A DNA stretch of 64,000 nt from Sphyrna mokarran (lineage: Eukaryota). The translations under genes and the position numbers were made by a program. The notes under the pieces were generated by a model that saw nothing but the letters and a program-made list of their open reading frames with translations, had not been told where the DNA came from and did not search any database. The stretch is taken from NCBI GenBank assembly GCA_024679065.1, contig JAGIQG010000023.1, positions 9,920,001 through 9,984,000 of the forward strand. The letters run 5' to 3'. This document shows positions 1 through 13,500 of this stretch, one piece after another (within the stretch, counting starts at the first letter, position 1; every line of letters begins with the position of its first letter).

Positions 1-609
1 AATAGGATTTCTTATGTGAAGTGATGACATCACTCAAAAATGGATCTATCTTTTGGGAGGTACTTTGAGAAGTGCTAAGGATTTGATGCCCTCCTATTGA
101 ATTACATGTTTTTCCTTTCTGGCAGACCCAAAAACTGGGCAATTGAGAAAATGTCAACTTTATAAAAGGGAGGGAAGAAAATCCAGAATTTCCATTCATG
201 TTGCTAATATCTGAGTGGCATAAGCAGAATCTTTGCCATGGGAACCACCCTCTTTATCATTCCATATAGGCAGACAGAATAATGTGCTGCAGACAGAAAG
301 TGAATAAATATTTAATCAAAGACTTACCTGTCTTTCCCAATTCCTTTTACTGAAATTTGAAATTGTTCATAGTAGAATTAAAACAGACATGAATGGGCAT
401 TAAATTTTTAAAAAATGAAGACAAGCCTATCTTCAAATAGAAGTTGCAGAAGAATCCCAATCATCTCTGATGATCATAACTCATCAGGGGTTTTTATAAG
501 CATCTTCCTTTCGAAATTATGTTGGCACCAATCCTTTTTCAAAGACAATGAACTAAATTCTAAGTGGGTTATCTGAAGTACAAAGTTGACTGGACAACAC
601 TTTGGTGAT

Positions 610-2473
610 AAGTTCCCTCAAGGAGAGCATTTAAAGAAGCTTGAAGAGACCCTCAGGAGGTTACAAGAACATGGAGTGCAATTAGAAAAAGAGAAATGAA
701 AATTCTTTAAGGATTTGATGGATACATTGGCCATGTCATTGATAACGAGTGACTTCACAAGGTGCCCAAGAAAGTAGAAAATATCATGAAAGCTCCCAGA
801 CTAGAGAATGAATCGCAGTTACGATCACTCCTGGGGTTCATAAACTATATGGCAGAATTGTGTCAGATTTGGTCAATGTAGTGAATCTCTTATACTGTGT
901 GCTGGGTAAAGGCCAACCCTGGAGATGGGCCCAAGATTTGAAGGAGCTTAATGGGAGCTAAAACATGCCTTACAAAGTTCAGAGGTGTTGGTACACTTAG
1001 ATCCAAAGTTGTCATTGCAGTTGACCTTATGCAGCTGGCATGTTACTGTCACACGTATTGTCCAATGAAGAACAACATTTCCCAAGGGGCTGGATCCCTT
1101 GGAAGGTGAGTAAATAAGACCATAAGATATAGAAGGAGGAATAGGCCATTCAGCCATCGAGTCTGCTCTGCCATTCAGTCATAGCTGATAAATCTTTCCC
1201 TGTAACCCTTGATCCCTTTATCAATCAAGAACCTATCTAAATCTATCTTAAATGGATTCAGTGACGTGACTTCCACAGCCCTCTGTAGCAATGAGTTTTA
1301 TACATTCACCACCCTCTGGTTGAAGAAATTCTTTCTCATCTCAGTTCTAAAGCATTGTCTGTTTACTCTGAGGTTGCACCCTTGGATCCTAGTCTCTCCT
1401 ATAAATTGAAACATCTTCTGCTTGTGCACTCTATCCAGACTTTTCACTATTCTGTAAGTTTCAATGAGATCCCCTGTATCCTTTACTCCATCAAGTACAG
1501 ATCCAGAGTGTGCAGATGCTCCTTGAATGTCAAGCTTTTCATTCCTGGAAACAATCTTAAGCACATATCACAACACACCTATGCAACGACCAAAGTTTCC
1601 CCCCAGTGTCATTGGTTGGCTGCAGATTGGGGACCACTTTTGACTTGATATGGCCTGAGGAGACACAGGAATTGACAACAAAAAAGCAAGAAGGATAGAT
1701 GACCTGTAGAGAGGGAAAGACAAGGAAGTCAGGAAGGGAGAAATTGTGTTAGCGAGGAACTATGTGGCAAGGGAAAAATGGGTTCCTGCCAGACAGGGCC
1801 AGTGTCACAATGTTCAGCTCCAGGACGAACGGGTCTGAAGGACATACATGAATCAGCTGATGGCTACTCCACATCAAAGCAACGAGGTCCTCCATGATAT
1901 TGACTTGTTGCAAGAGGTGTCTGAGGAACTGAGTCTTGTATTCCTGAAACTGAGGCAGTTCTTACCAGAGAAAAACCGTTGGCATAAGTTACTGATGACT
2001 GTAACCAGGATAAAGAGGAAGATCGAGAGCTTCTGGAAATACGGGACAGAATACCCAGGTGGCAAAAAGATGGTCATTCAGAAACTGTCATCCCCTATCT
2101 AGATCGTGTTTATGTAGAACTTGTAATGGATGTTGATACTGATTTTTCATAGTTGGTGTTCACGTTTTGTATGTAGTTGACTTGTGGATTTGTATGAGTG
2201 TGTAAATAATGTATGTATAAACGGAGAGGGGGTTGCCCGGAAGGTTGGTTAGAATTAAGAGGGGAGAAGTGTTATGTATCTTGGAGCATACCCCTTTAAG
2301 AGAACAAGTCAGGTGACCCAGGACTCAAGCCGCGACTTGGGTGGAGGTTGCCGAAGGCACTCGTGTGCTAACTGTGCTAGGAGAAAAACGTGAAATAAAC
2401 TGATCTGTTAGTTTACTATCACTGACCTTGTAGTCTTTATTAGTCTTCGGTATCATACCTCAAACATAATACA
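610..2473 (+). mobile_element. Degenerate Ty3/Gypsy LTR retrotransposon (RT and integrase C-terminal remnants, PPT, 3' LTR 2270-2473)
   Basis: Broken RT text (HLKKLEETLRRLQEHGVQL..., IGHVID..., QLRSLLGFINY) and VLARNY..KWVP integrase tail. Polypurine tract AAGAGGGGAGAAG (2257-2269) directly before TGTTATGT...ACATAATACA, with AATAAA at 2394. Confidence 0.75.
1112..1560 (-). mobile_element. CR1 LINE 3' fragment nested in the Gypsy element
   Basis: GDLIETYRIVKSLDRV...FRTEMRKNFFNQRVVN is the CR1 ORF2 C-terminus, followed by the CR1 3' tail. Confidence 0.8.
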
Positions 2474-2992
2474 ACCAGCATGCAAATGTAAAGTCTGCTT
2501 GGAAACTCATGCTTGTCCTTCATGTTGTTTGACATTGGTACCTTACCGATCAGAATGTGGAGCACTATTATCAGTGTCAGTGAAAAACAAGACAGCTGGT
2601 AGCGATGGCATTTGCTGTCAGCACATTTTTATCTCCCCAGCACTCAATGTAACACAGAGCTCCCCTCTGTGTCCATCACTGAAGGAAAGTGATTGCTTCT
2701 CAACAGCATCTCAGCTTGAAGAAACAATTACACACCTGGTTGGTAATTAGGATAAATGAGATTAATTTTAATTATTTATTACTGTTTAGATAGATGTCTG
2801 AAGTTCTAATTGCCTCCACTTAATGCCAGCTAAGTAGGTTATCTCGGAAATCGACAGAACCATGTTCATATTTGTTTTCTCCTGAGAAAGATACTGGATC
2901 AGAAATTGATTTTTTTTCAAAAAATATGCTTCATTCATAAAATTTGTAAAGTATATTACAGAACAGTTCAAAGTTAATAGACAGAAAACAGT

Positions 2993-3335
2993 CATTCCTG
3001 GATTGGCAAGTACCCACGGGGTACTAAAGGATCAGTGCTTGGGGCCATTTCAATGATTTGGATGTGGGGACCAATTGTAACATGTCCATGTTTGCTGAGG
3101 ACACAAAACTAGGAGGGACTGTGTGCTGTGAGAAGGATGGAATGAGGATTTAATAAAGTTTACACAGATTACACAGGGTGCGCTAGAACATGGCAATTGG
3201 AATAAAATGTGAAGAATTATGAACTAATTCACTGTGGTAGAAAAAACATTTCTTAAATGGTGAGAGATTGGGAAGTAGTGATATCCAAATGGACCTGAAT
3301 GTTCTTGTTCATAAGTTATTGAAAGCTGACATATA
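2993..3335 (+). mobile_element. CR1 RT fragment
   Basis: Degenerate GV..GSVLGP and FAEDTKLGG motifs. Confidence 0.65.
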
Positions 3336-3339
3336 AATG

Positions 3340-3810
3340 AAAACCCACTAGCACTTCTACTTTCTCAGGATGCTAAGGAAATTTGGCATGCATGCTACAA
3401 CTGTCACCAATTTTTACAGTTGCATCATTTGAAAGCATCCTTTCTGGATATATCATGGCATAGTATGGCTCCTGCTCTGACCAAAGCCACAAGAAACTGC
3501 AGAGGTTTGTGACCGTAGCCCAATTCATCACACAGTCCAGCTTCCCATTCATTGAATCTATCTACACTTCCCACTGCCTTGGGAAAGCAGCCAGCCTAAT
3601 CAAGGACCCCGCATATCCTGGACATATTCGCTTCCACCTTCTTCCATCAGGAAAAAGATACAAGAGTAAGAAAACGCATACAACAGACTCAAGAACAGCT
3701 TTTTTCAGCAGACTTTTGAATGAACCTATCTTATGTTAAGCTGATCTTTCTCTTCGCCCTATCTATAACTGCAACACTATATCCTGCATCCTTTCCTGTC
3801 CTTCTCATAT
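3340..3810 (+). mobile_element. Rex1/Babar-type LINE 3' fragment
   Basis: FLRMLRKFGM...SILSG..WYGSC...LPSGKRY; homologous to 24620-25070. Confidence 0.75.
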
Positions 3811-4163
3811 AATTGTACAGCACTGAAGGAGGCTGTTCAGCTCACCTCAGTTCATTCAGGGGACTGCCACTCAGGGTGCTGTTTCTTTCACTGAGAACCT
3901 AATTTCAGAAAATGTGTGTCAATGTTCATCTCCATCATACATCAAGCCTGGCAGTTTGCAGAGTGTAACATGGCTAAAAAGTTGAGAAATCAACTGTGTG
4001 TTCAAAATATACTTGAGGAAATCATTTTAACTTTGATTCCTGATGTTGAAGTTTATATTAGGACAATGATCTTTCACCCAATATGTAACATGTGTCCTGC
4101 ATTGCAAGGCCAAAAACTGTGCATGGAGATCTGTTCAAAGTGCCTAAGTCATTGTGATGATAT

Positions 4164-4929
4164 TGTAACTTTAAGAAACACATTTGAATTATATGTCTTA
4201 TGCAGGGATTGTTTTTTTAACAGATTGTTCTAATCATTGCCCCAGGATCTATAACTTGTATGGTAACTGCAGCAGCATAATTGATTCTAATTGCTAGAAT
4301 GCTTGTTTTAATCTGGACTAATGTAATTCTGTTGCTTTTAGTGTTTCACTGGGATTTTGCAGAGTAGGGCTTGATTAACTGATAAGGCCATGTGTAGAGC
4401 TAGGCTCACACAGTATATTCAAGTTTAAATGCTGCTTGGAGCTGGAGAGAACAGTGTCTCTCTTTTCCCAACTCTGTAGTCTGGAGATTGGGAGCTGTCA
4501 GAGATTAGGTTTACTTCTCTCAAATTTTGCTGTTATGAGGATGTATCCTCTGGAAACTGCTGCCTGTGTCTCCATCCAGAAATATCAAAAAGCTAGAAAT
4601 CTAGCATCATGTGAGTACACTTGTTTTGGGGTAACTAATTTTGAAGAAAGGTGCATATCCTTATCTATGGGAATATTGCTTTAAATTGGAACCATAGAGG
4701 TAGTTTGCTGTTAAGAATTATACTTTGTCATGTTAGTATTTTAATTGGTAAAAGTTATGTGAATGCTTAAGTAAAGTTTATTTTGAGAAAAACTTCCTAG
4801 TGAGTCACTTGAATTGTACCTGGAGTGAAACATTTTACACTCACCCTAATGCTAAAATCAAATGTAAAAGTTGGGGTATAGGCTAACTTTGTCACATACC
4901 ATGGTATATTTCTGGTCTGGTCTTCAACA
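4164..4929 (+). mobile_element. Possible solo LTR
   Basis: TGTAAC...TTCAACA termini and LTR-like composition; no convincing target-site duplication. Confidence 0.3.
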
Positions 4930-5801
4930 CCATTTCTACGCTTCCTCCCATCAATTCCTGGCAATTATTGTGAATTTTTTTTACCTTATAGCTCAAAGAA
5001 TCCCATCAATTAGTTTCCAGCAGAATCCTCACCTTCTGGGACTATCAAACTTTCATCTACATGCTAATATTAATTCCAAAACCTTAATGGAACAAGTCTT
5101 CGGAAATGATGGGAAAATTATTTCTGCAGAATTCAACTCAACAATATAACTGCTAAATTAGTACCACTGATGAGGGTTTCAGTGATGTACTGGAGAAGAT
5201 GGAGTTCTTCTTCAAAGGGAACAGAAGTCATGCAGAGATTGAATAGAGATATTCAATATTGTGAAGATGCAGTGGCAGGAACATCAGAAACATCATCCGT
5301 ACAAACGATTGATGATGACAACCAGAAGTGAGCAAATTATGAAATGGAATGCACTGCTTGAACGGACAGTAGAAGTACGTGGAATAATACCTTTCTAAAC
5401 AGAGTAGGACAAGCTTTTACCGAAGAGTGTGACTAACTCTTTCAAAGAGCCAGCACTGGCATAAAGGCTAATGGCCGTGGTCTGCGCTCAGTGGTTTGCC
5501 CCCTCCCCTCACCCCACCTCCATCTACCCTCGGCTTCCCTCTCCTCACCCCATGTCTTGTTTTCTGGTGGTGGAGACAGCTCACAATTGGCTGCCAGTGG
5601 GATCTTCTGGTCTCATGGACGTCTATGGCAATTTATGTGGCTCACCCATCCTGCCACTGATGAACCGTCATGAGAGGGATGCCTTCAATGGGATGGGCTG
5701 GAAAATTCCACCCACAGTTGCTGCAGCTGTTTTATTACACGAAGATAAAATTGGTAAATTCATTTCATCAGGATCATCATGAGCAGAGTTGAGTAAGTTT
5801 T

Positions 5802-6112
5802 GGGTGCACAATAGCACAGTGGTTAGCACTCCTGACTCACAGCGCCAGGGACCCAGATTCAATTCCATCCTTGGGTGACTGTCTGTGTGGAGTTTGCATG
5901 TTCTCCCAATGTCTGCCTGAGTTTCCACTGAGTCCTCCGGTTTCCGACCACACCTTAAAGATGTGCAAGTTAGGTGATTGAATTATTGTAAATTACTCCT
6001 TAGTGTCAGGAGGATTAGCAGGGTAAATGTACAGGCGTTATGGGTATAGGCCTAGATGGGGCTGTTTGATGGGCCAAATGGCCGCCTTCTGCATTGTAGA
6101 TATTCTAGGTTC
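5802..6112 (+). mobile_element. HE1-like V-SINE (tRNA-derived)
   Basis: tRNA A/B boxes (GCACAGTGGTTAGC...GATTCAATTCC), V-domain core (TGTGTGGAGTTTGCATGTTCTCCC...) and CR1-like tail. Confidence 0.85.
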
Positions 6113-7395
6113 TGCAGACCTGTGCCATTTTGGTGAAGATTGCACGGTTGTAACTTTTATTGGCAGAGCGGTTCTGTTGGTTGAGGATCAGAGGCCACAT
6201 CCTTAAAGAAAGGTGCTAGACCCTCTGATCAGATAATTTCATGGTGGTACAATTCTGGAAAGGGGTAAATAAAAACGTGCAGCAAAGAATCAGGTTTCAC
6301 TAATTATAAAGAGTGTCATATTACCTTTCTGAAATAGAATATAATTGTACCGTGAGACAGATGTAATTATAAATATTTTCAGTGCTGCAGCTGTGTGATT
6401 TATGTTGGGATATCAGCATTCATCCTTCTCTTGTATCATCAATAATGTACAGAAATATGTGAAGGTGGCAGGTTAGGCTGGAGGACTATTCGAAAAGAAA
6501 ATTGCATCCTTAGCCTTATTAATGAGGGAGTAGAGTATAAAAGTAAGGAAATCCTTTATAAATGTTAAGTCTTTACTGAATTCAATTCAAGACATTACAG
6601 GGATAAAATAAATGCAGAATATAGTTTTTGCAGGATAGCATTTGGTGTAAACGATACTTTGAAATTGATGTAGTTGGGCATATTCTTTTTATTGCATTTT
6701 ATTCATATTTGAAGACATTATAGTATCACATACTTTATACCAGTAGCAGACAATATGTAGATAATTCAACAAAATAATATACATTTTAATTAATACACAC
6801 AATTATACATAAATTCAAAATGACTCAGTTGAAATTAAGACAAAATCTTTTGGGAAAAGAACTGGAAAACAAAAATGAATAAAACTAAAATCATTTAAAA
6901 TATTGATATGAGTTTGCATTGAATTGCATAGAGTGTTCAGTACAAAAATAGCCCAAGTAGCTATGCTGTTTATGCTCCATACAAGTTTCTTTTCATTTTG
7001 TCTACTTAATCGCATCTTGTTACTCCCTTTTCACTCATATGGTTTCCATTTGTAAGCATCAAAGTTTGTAATAACTCATCCGAGATTGGTGTCCCTTCAC
7101 TCAAATTGGATTTATTTACATAAGTCAGCAACACTCAGACAGGCATTTCCTCATACAGAGTATAAACCTGGAGTGCCAATAACCCTGACATTCCACACTA
7201 TATACACATGCAATGTTTCCGACTGAGCAAGCCACTACTGCCTTAATCAGGGACTTCGTATTCCAAGAGGTCCACATTGTGTACCTTATCAAAATCATGA
7301 CATTGTTATTTGCTTCAATCACTTCCTTTGATTGCAGTACGCTATTGTCTAAGAGATTTCTCCCTTTTTCCCTGTTGGATTTATTAGTAACTATG

Positions 7396-7680
7396 TGTTG
7401 GCGCAGTGGTTCACATTGCTGCCTCACAGTTCCAGGGACCTGGGTTCGATCCCTGGGTCACTGTCTGTGTGGAGTCTGTATGTTTTTTATGCGTCTGCAT
7501 ATGTTTCTTCTAGGTGCTTCGGTTTTCTCCCACAGTCTGAAAGACGTGCTTGTCTTTCATGCTAAATTCTCCCTCAGTGTACCCAAACAGGTATCAGAGT
7601 ATGGCAAATAGGGAATTTTCATAGTAACTCAATTGCAGTATTAATTTAAGCCTACTTGTGACAATAATAAATAAACTTTA
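7396..7680 (+). mobile_element. HE1-like V-SINE, alternative tail
   Basis: A/B boxes, V core, tail ending AATAATAAATAAAC. Confidence 0.8.
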
Positions 7681-8094
7681 AAAAAACATAAGACCTGAAT
7701 TCTCCATTTCACACACCCTACTACTATTGCCAGTGGAAACATAGAACTTAACACAGCCAAATCTCTATTTACAACGGTGGGACTGGAGAATCCCAGCGGC
7801 AGGCGAGGTCAGAGAATTCCAGTCTACACTTTACAGTCTTTAGTTTTGCACTGTCCCACAAGTGGAAACACTCATCTATATCAATTCAGCAATTTGCCCT
7901 TTGACTCCATGTGAATTAATGTTTGTCATGAGTCTATTGTGTAGTATCTTATCAAATATTTCATTAAAATCAAATAACATTACATCTGGTATATTAACCT
8001 TCATTAACCATCTTCCAAAAATACTATAGGGTGAGGCATTTTGCAACTCATGTTGACTATTTTTAATTATATTTTCCATTTTTTAAAGTTTAGT

Positions 8095-9400
8095 TACAGG
8101 ATATGTGTTTTGCTGGCTAGGCCAGCATTTATTGCCCTTGAGACCTTGAGAAGGTAGTGGTGAGCTGTCTTCTTGAACCACTGCAATCCCTGTGATGTAT
8201 GTACATCCACAATGCTGTTAGGGAGGGAGCTCCAGGATTTTGACTCAAAGACAGTGAAGGTACGGCGATATATTTTCAAGTCAGGATGGTGATTGGCTTG
8301 GAGGGGAACATGTAAGTGATGGTGTTCCCTTATGTTTGTTGCCTGTGTCCTTCCTATGTTTACAGTTGTGAGTTTGGAAGATGCTGCCTATGGAGCCGTG
8401 GTGAATTCATGCAATGCATCTTTTAATTGTATACACTGCTGCTACTCTGCATCAGTAGTGGAGGGAGTCAATGTTTGTGCAAGGCATACCAATCAAGAGC
8501 ACTGTTTTGTTCTGGATGGTGTTGTGCTTTTGAGTGTTGTTGGAGCTGCACTCATCCAGACAAGGGGAAAGTATTCCATTACACTCTTATTTTGTGCCTT
8601 GTAGATGGTGGATGGGTTTTGAGGGAAGGCAGGGTGTAATTTGCCCACTGCAGGATTCTTTGTCTCTGACCTGCTTTGGGAGTCACATTATTTATAAAGG
8701 TAATCCAGCTCAGTTTCTGGTCAAATGGTAACCTCCAGGATGTTAATGTTGAGGGATTCAGCCATTGAATAACAAGGGGATATGGTTAGTGAGGTAACTT
8801 GACATAGGTAGACAAATTTGTTTTGATACTTAACCTTCATTACCTACAAAAGTATAAAATAAACAGTACAACGTGGACACTGACAATTATGCACAGATCA
8901 TTCATAGCTACAGTAATAACCTGCATAATCTGATACGACCAATGTTATCACTTTGCATGCTTACACTTACTAAAGACATCACCATATATATTCAAATAGG
9001 AAAATGCTTACTGTTAGATTTTTTCTTGTTGGAGATGGTCATCACTTGGCATTGGTGTCTAAGGAGTCTTCAAATGGTGTTGAACATTGTACAATCATTA
9101 GTGAACATTCCACTTCTGGCTTTATGATGGAAGGAAAGTCACTGATGAAGCAGCTGAAGATAGTGGGGGCTGGAACATTTCCTTGAGAAATTCTTGCAGG
9201 AACGCTCTCAAACTCAGATGATTGACTACCAACAACCACAAACATTTTTGTTTGTCTAGATATGACTCCAACCAGGAGAGAACTTTATTCCTGATTTCCA
9301 ATGACTCCAGTTTAGCTTGGCCACACTTGCCTTGATATCATGGGCAGTCACTTGAACCTCACTGTAGAATTCAACTGTTTTGTCCACATTTGAAACAAGA
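8095..9400 (-). mobile_element. Degenerate CR1/L2-clade LINE 3' portion
   Basis: SQGNVPAPTIFSCFISDFPSII (QGSVLGP.IFSCFINDL-like) RT text. Tail GGGCAATAAATGCTGGCC is shared with the SINEs at 12465, 19635 and 56098. Confidence 0.65.
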
Positions 9401-9842
9401 ACAGAAAATGCTGAAGAAACTCAGCAGGTCCGACAGCATCTATGGACAGAGAATCGAACCAAGGCTGCACTGAAGTCAGAAGCTGAGTGCCATCAACTCC
9501 TGACCTCATTATAGATGTTCTTCTGTCAGTAACTTAGAGCTCAAACATATAATTTCCTGACTTGGAGACAAAAGTTTGATGTTCAACAAAGCAGATCTCT
9601 GAGAGCTGTTATATTATGGAGGATTTGTTTGGGTACTTGGGGAAATAAGCACTGGTTTGGGTGCCTCGAAGTTTAATATTGGGAAGAGTGTAATGCACTA
9701 CTATTTCTCATTAATACAAATGATCTGGACTTAAAACTTAAAGTAAATTGATTACATTTGTTGATAATTCCAAACTGGGACGATCAGTGGAAATAACTCT
9801 CAAGTTATAAAAGTTGCATGGGGTCACTACTCGGGTGACTCC

Positions 9843-10168
9843 ATAGAACCACAGAACCTCACAGTGCAGAATGAAGCTATTCAGCTCATCAGGTCTGCAC
9901 CGACCACAATCACACCAAGGTCCTATCCCCATAACCCATATTTATGCTAGCTGGTCCCCCTGACACTAAGGGGCAATTTAGCATCGTTAATCTACCTAAC
10001 CTGCACATCTTTGGACTATGAGAGGAAACCGGAGCACCTGGAGGAAATCCACACAAAGACGGGGAGAACATGCAAACTCCACACAGACAGTGACCCAAGC
10101 CGGGAATCGAACCCAGGTCCCTGGTGCTGTGAGGCAGTAACGCTAACCGCTGTGCCATCGTGCCACCC
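9843..10168 (-). mobile_element. HE1-like V-SINE about 95 bp past the gene A stop codon
   Basis: Complete tRNA head, V core and tail on the minus strand. Confidence 0.88.
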
Positions 10169-10262
10169 AGTCTTCCGAATCTTGTCATAAGAAATTCAAT
10201 GAAACTGAAATACAAAATAAGATGGAACAATGAAAAACACTTGCACCACAAGAATGACTTTC

Positions 10263-10571
10263 CTAACAATTAACAGTAGCATAAACTGTCATTTGAGAAT
10301 CTTGCGGAGTATCGAGTGATGGAGCATTTTTGTTGGGTTGGCTTTGAACACTGATGGTACTGTAGGTGATTGTGTCCGTGTTGTCAACTGAGTGCCTTTC
10401 CACCTCACCACTCAGTGCTGGTGATTTCTTTTGAAACTGCACTGCTGTATAAGTGACTTTGCTTTCATTATTATTGAACTGGACATTTCCCTCGCTGTGC
10501 ACTCCTGCGGAGATACTTTGAGTGGCATTTGTGTTTGCATAAACAGTACTCTCTTCCGCTGCTTCCAGTTG
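10263..10571 (-). CDS. Gene A exon 7, cytoplasmic signalling exon with TVYANT, VTYTAV, ITYSTI and TVYATV
   Basis: Acceptor ttttttttatattgtag, phase 0, 102 aa to TAG. Two ITIM-type motifs, one C-terminal ITSM (TxYxxV) and one YxN site. Confidence 0.88.
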   Translation of the reverse strand, partial: QLEAAEESTVYANTNATQSISAGVHSEGNVQFNNNESKVTYTAVQFQKKSPALSGEVERHSVDNTDTITYSTISVQSQPNKNAPSLDTPQDSQMTVYATVNC

Positions 10572-13500
10572 CTACAATATAAAAAAAAATAATCCAATTT
10601 ATTCCTGATGAACTTGAACAGTGATTTGTGCTGTTATGATGAAAAATATCTTTTTTGATTATTATGTTAGTTTATAAAACATTGAAATGTATTTATAGCA
10701 CAGAAACAAGCCATTGGCCCAACAGGTCAATGCTGGTGTTATTCTCCTCGATGAGGAGATGCTGGCATTGGACTGGGGTAAGCACAGAAAGAAGTTCATA
10801 CCTCCAGGGTAAAGTCCAACAGGTTATTTGGTAGCACATGCTTTCAAAATATCGCTCCTTCTTCAGACTTCTTCAAACTCTTCACTCACTTGAAGAAGGA
10901 GCAATGCTCCAAAAGTTTGTGCTGCCAGATAAACCTGTTGGACTTTAACCTGGTGTTGTGAGACTTCTTACTGTTATTCTCCCCATCAGCCTCCTCCCAT
11001 CCTTTGTCATCTAATCCTGCCAATTTATCTTTCTGTTCCTTTCTTCCTCATTTGGTAATCCAGCTTACCCCCCCAACAGATTTATGGTATTTGCTTCAAC
11101 TACTCTCTATGATAAGGAAGATTGAATAGTGGGCAAACATGTTGGGGGGTGGGGTGATCTCACAGGTTCATCATGCCAGTCAATTGGCATGGCCAGTAAA
11201 ATCACACAAGAAGCCAAAAATTGGGTTTGTGCACAGTTTTTTGCCTCTCATGATATTACTGGCCCTATTCTGTACGGTGTGAAACTGAAGTTTAATATTC
11301 ATGAACTTATCTTAATATTATTAATGAACCTGGGATGCCATCGTCCGGGTGCACTTGCCTTAACAGCTTCACCTGTGGAAGTCCTTACCGGTGAGTATCA
11401 TGTATGCTCCCCAGCAACAGGGACCCAACGTGATGGTCTTGCCAGTGGGACTGGAGGCCATTAAAGCCCCTTGGTGGTTGGGGCAGGAGCAGATAATGTC
11501 CCTTGGACAATGCCATCTTGGTACTGTCAGCCTAGTACCTCAGCACTGCCAGACACTCTCATAGTGCCCACTACATACCTAGGCATTGCCCACTGGACAG
11601 TGCCAACAAATGAGGCCAAAAGGGAAGGGATGGGGCCTGAACAGGAGGGCTGGGGCCTGAACGGGTTGGGGGGGGCATGGCATGGGGAGCTCCATTGGGG
11701 ATTACCAGGGCGGGTGTGGGGTTGGAAACAGGGCCACTAGGCCATGGGATGAAATTGGGGGCAGCGAACGGCTAGGTGGGATCCTGGGTGGCGATTGGGG
11801 GAATTGCAATCAAGGGTGGTGATCAGGTATTGCCACTGGGGGGTGGGAGTATGATCTTCAGGGGAATGGAAGGCGTGCCAGATCCTTAGTGCACTAGTAC
11901 TCTTGTACACAGCACACTGAGAGATCGGAGTGCAAGCACAATAGCCCCATCTATCAGTCAGCAACCAGCCACCTGGCATCAATAGACTGTTCATGCCCCC
12001 TATTGGCGAGAATGACAACTAGTCATTATTTTTCTAAGTGACATAAGATTGCATCTGGGCGCTTGCCCAAAAAATGGTTGCAATTCTTTCTCATTCTCAT
12101 GCACATTCAGCACTTAGATATTTTTGTTAAGATTGCCCCCTTTGAGTGTTCAGTTGTTGCAGAAAGAATTGCCACAAACAGCTGTGGCTCCCTGAGACAG
12201 ATGTTGTTCATGAATCAAAGACATACATGAGTTTCCAATTGTTAATGCAGTTCCAGAGTCTGATTTCTCACAGCGAAACTATTATTTCTGGCTATGTTGA
12301 TGTTGGATATGGTGATAATTTCTGCATCCATCACATCTGTACACCACATTGCTGTAAATTAGTCAGGGGTAAGGAATTCCTCAGCCTTTCTTTTATCTTT
12401 TCTAATGATCGATTGTGGCAAATTGAACGATTTCAATTCGGGGAAAACTAGGTAAGCACATGAGGGAGGTGGTGGCACAATGGTATTGTCATTGCTCTAG
12501 TAATCTAGAGGCACAGGGTGATGCTCTGGGTACTGGGTTCGGATCTTCCCATAGCAGATGATGAAATTTGAATTCAAAAATCTGGAATTAAAAGTCTAAT
12601 GATGGCCTCAAAACCATTGTTGATTGTTGGAAAAAAAAATCCATCTGATTCACTATTATCCTTTAGGGAAGAAAATCTGTCATCCTTACTCAGGTCTGTT
12701 TTACATGTGATTCCAGACTCAAAGCAATGTGGTTGACTTCTAACTGGCCTCAGAGATGGACAATAAATGCTGGCCCAGCTAGTGATGTGCACATCACGTG
12801 AATGAATAAAAATAAGACAGAGAGAGGAAAGCATGAGGAAATGCTGATAGAGTTAGAGGAATCAGTAAGACTAAATGACCTGTTTCTGTGTATATCTCAC
12901 CCAGTTCCACAAATTTCCAAACATTGTTCAGAGAATTCATACTTAATATTCTTACCCGATTATCATTTAGAGTCTTGTCTTTTCGATGAAATTCATTGCC
13001 ATTTGTATCTGAAAAGTTACAATTTTATTGTTGAAAGAACTGTAACAGGGATATTTAATATGCTTAAAATCTCTAGATTGATTGTGTCTTGCAGTGTGTG
13101 TAACATTAGATTCATCTACATTCATGTGAACCGCATTTGGTTTCCCTATATAGTTCAAAATTGGTTTTGGTTATTCTGCATAATGATCAGAAAGGTTGGA
13201 GATACTTTTCATCAGAGCAGAGCAGAAAACCTGCTGGTTATAATCGATTCTGATTTTCATCACAGTTATCCCTGCGTGGTGCTCTGTCAGATCACTGAAG
13301 GTGAAATTCAACCCCTATCTCCATGTGTTTAGGATTTTGTAGAATAAAAATCCTTTCAGTTCTACTCTGAAATGGAACTCTTGTCCTGTTGCGCTATCAG
13401 TGAAAGACTAAACAATACAGGGAAAAAATCAGTACCCAATTTAAACTCAAATTGGATTTACTTACACAGAGATAAAAGTAGGCTCTGTTTGTTGATTCAT

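Noticed and set aside
322-390. Strong minus-strand donor (CAG|GTAAGT at 328/327) with upstream MSVLILL, resembling a leader of a third gene
   Set aside because: In-frame TGA after 7 codons and phase 0, not 1. It may be a non-coding or relic exon but cannot be supported from this window.
5802-5870. tRNA genes
   Set aside because: All A/B-box matches are heads of SINEs followed by SINE bodies; no complete cloverleaf.
6318-6340. Apparent 4-nt micro-exon (tttcag AAAG gtaat) on the minus strand
   Set aside because: Outside any assembled gene; such short matches arise by chance.
12802-13332. 176-aa plus-strand ORF
   Set aside because: No recognisable domain, starts in a SINE tail and is antisense to gene A exon 6.
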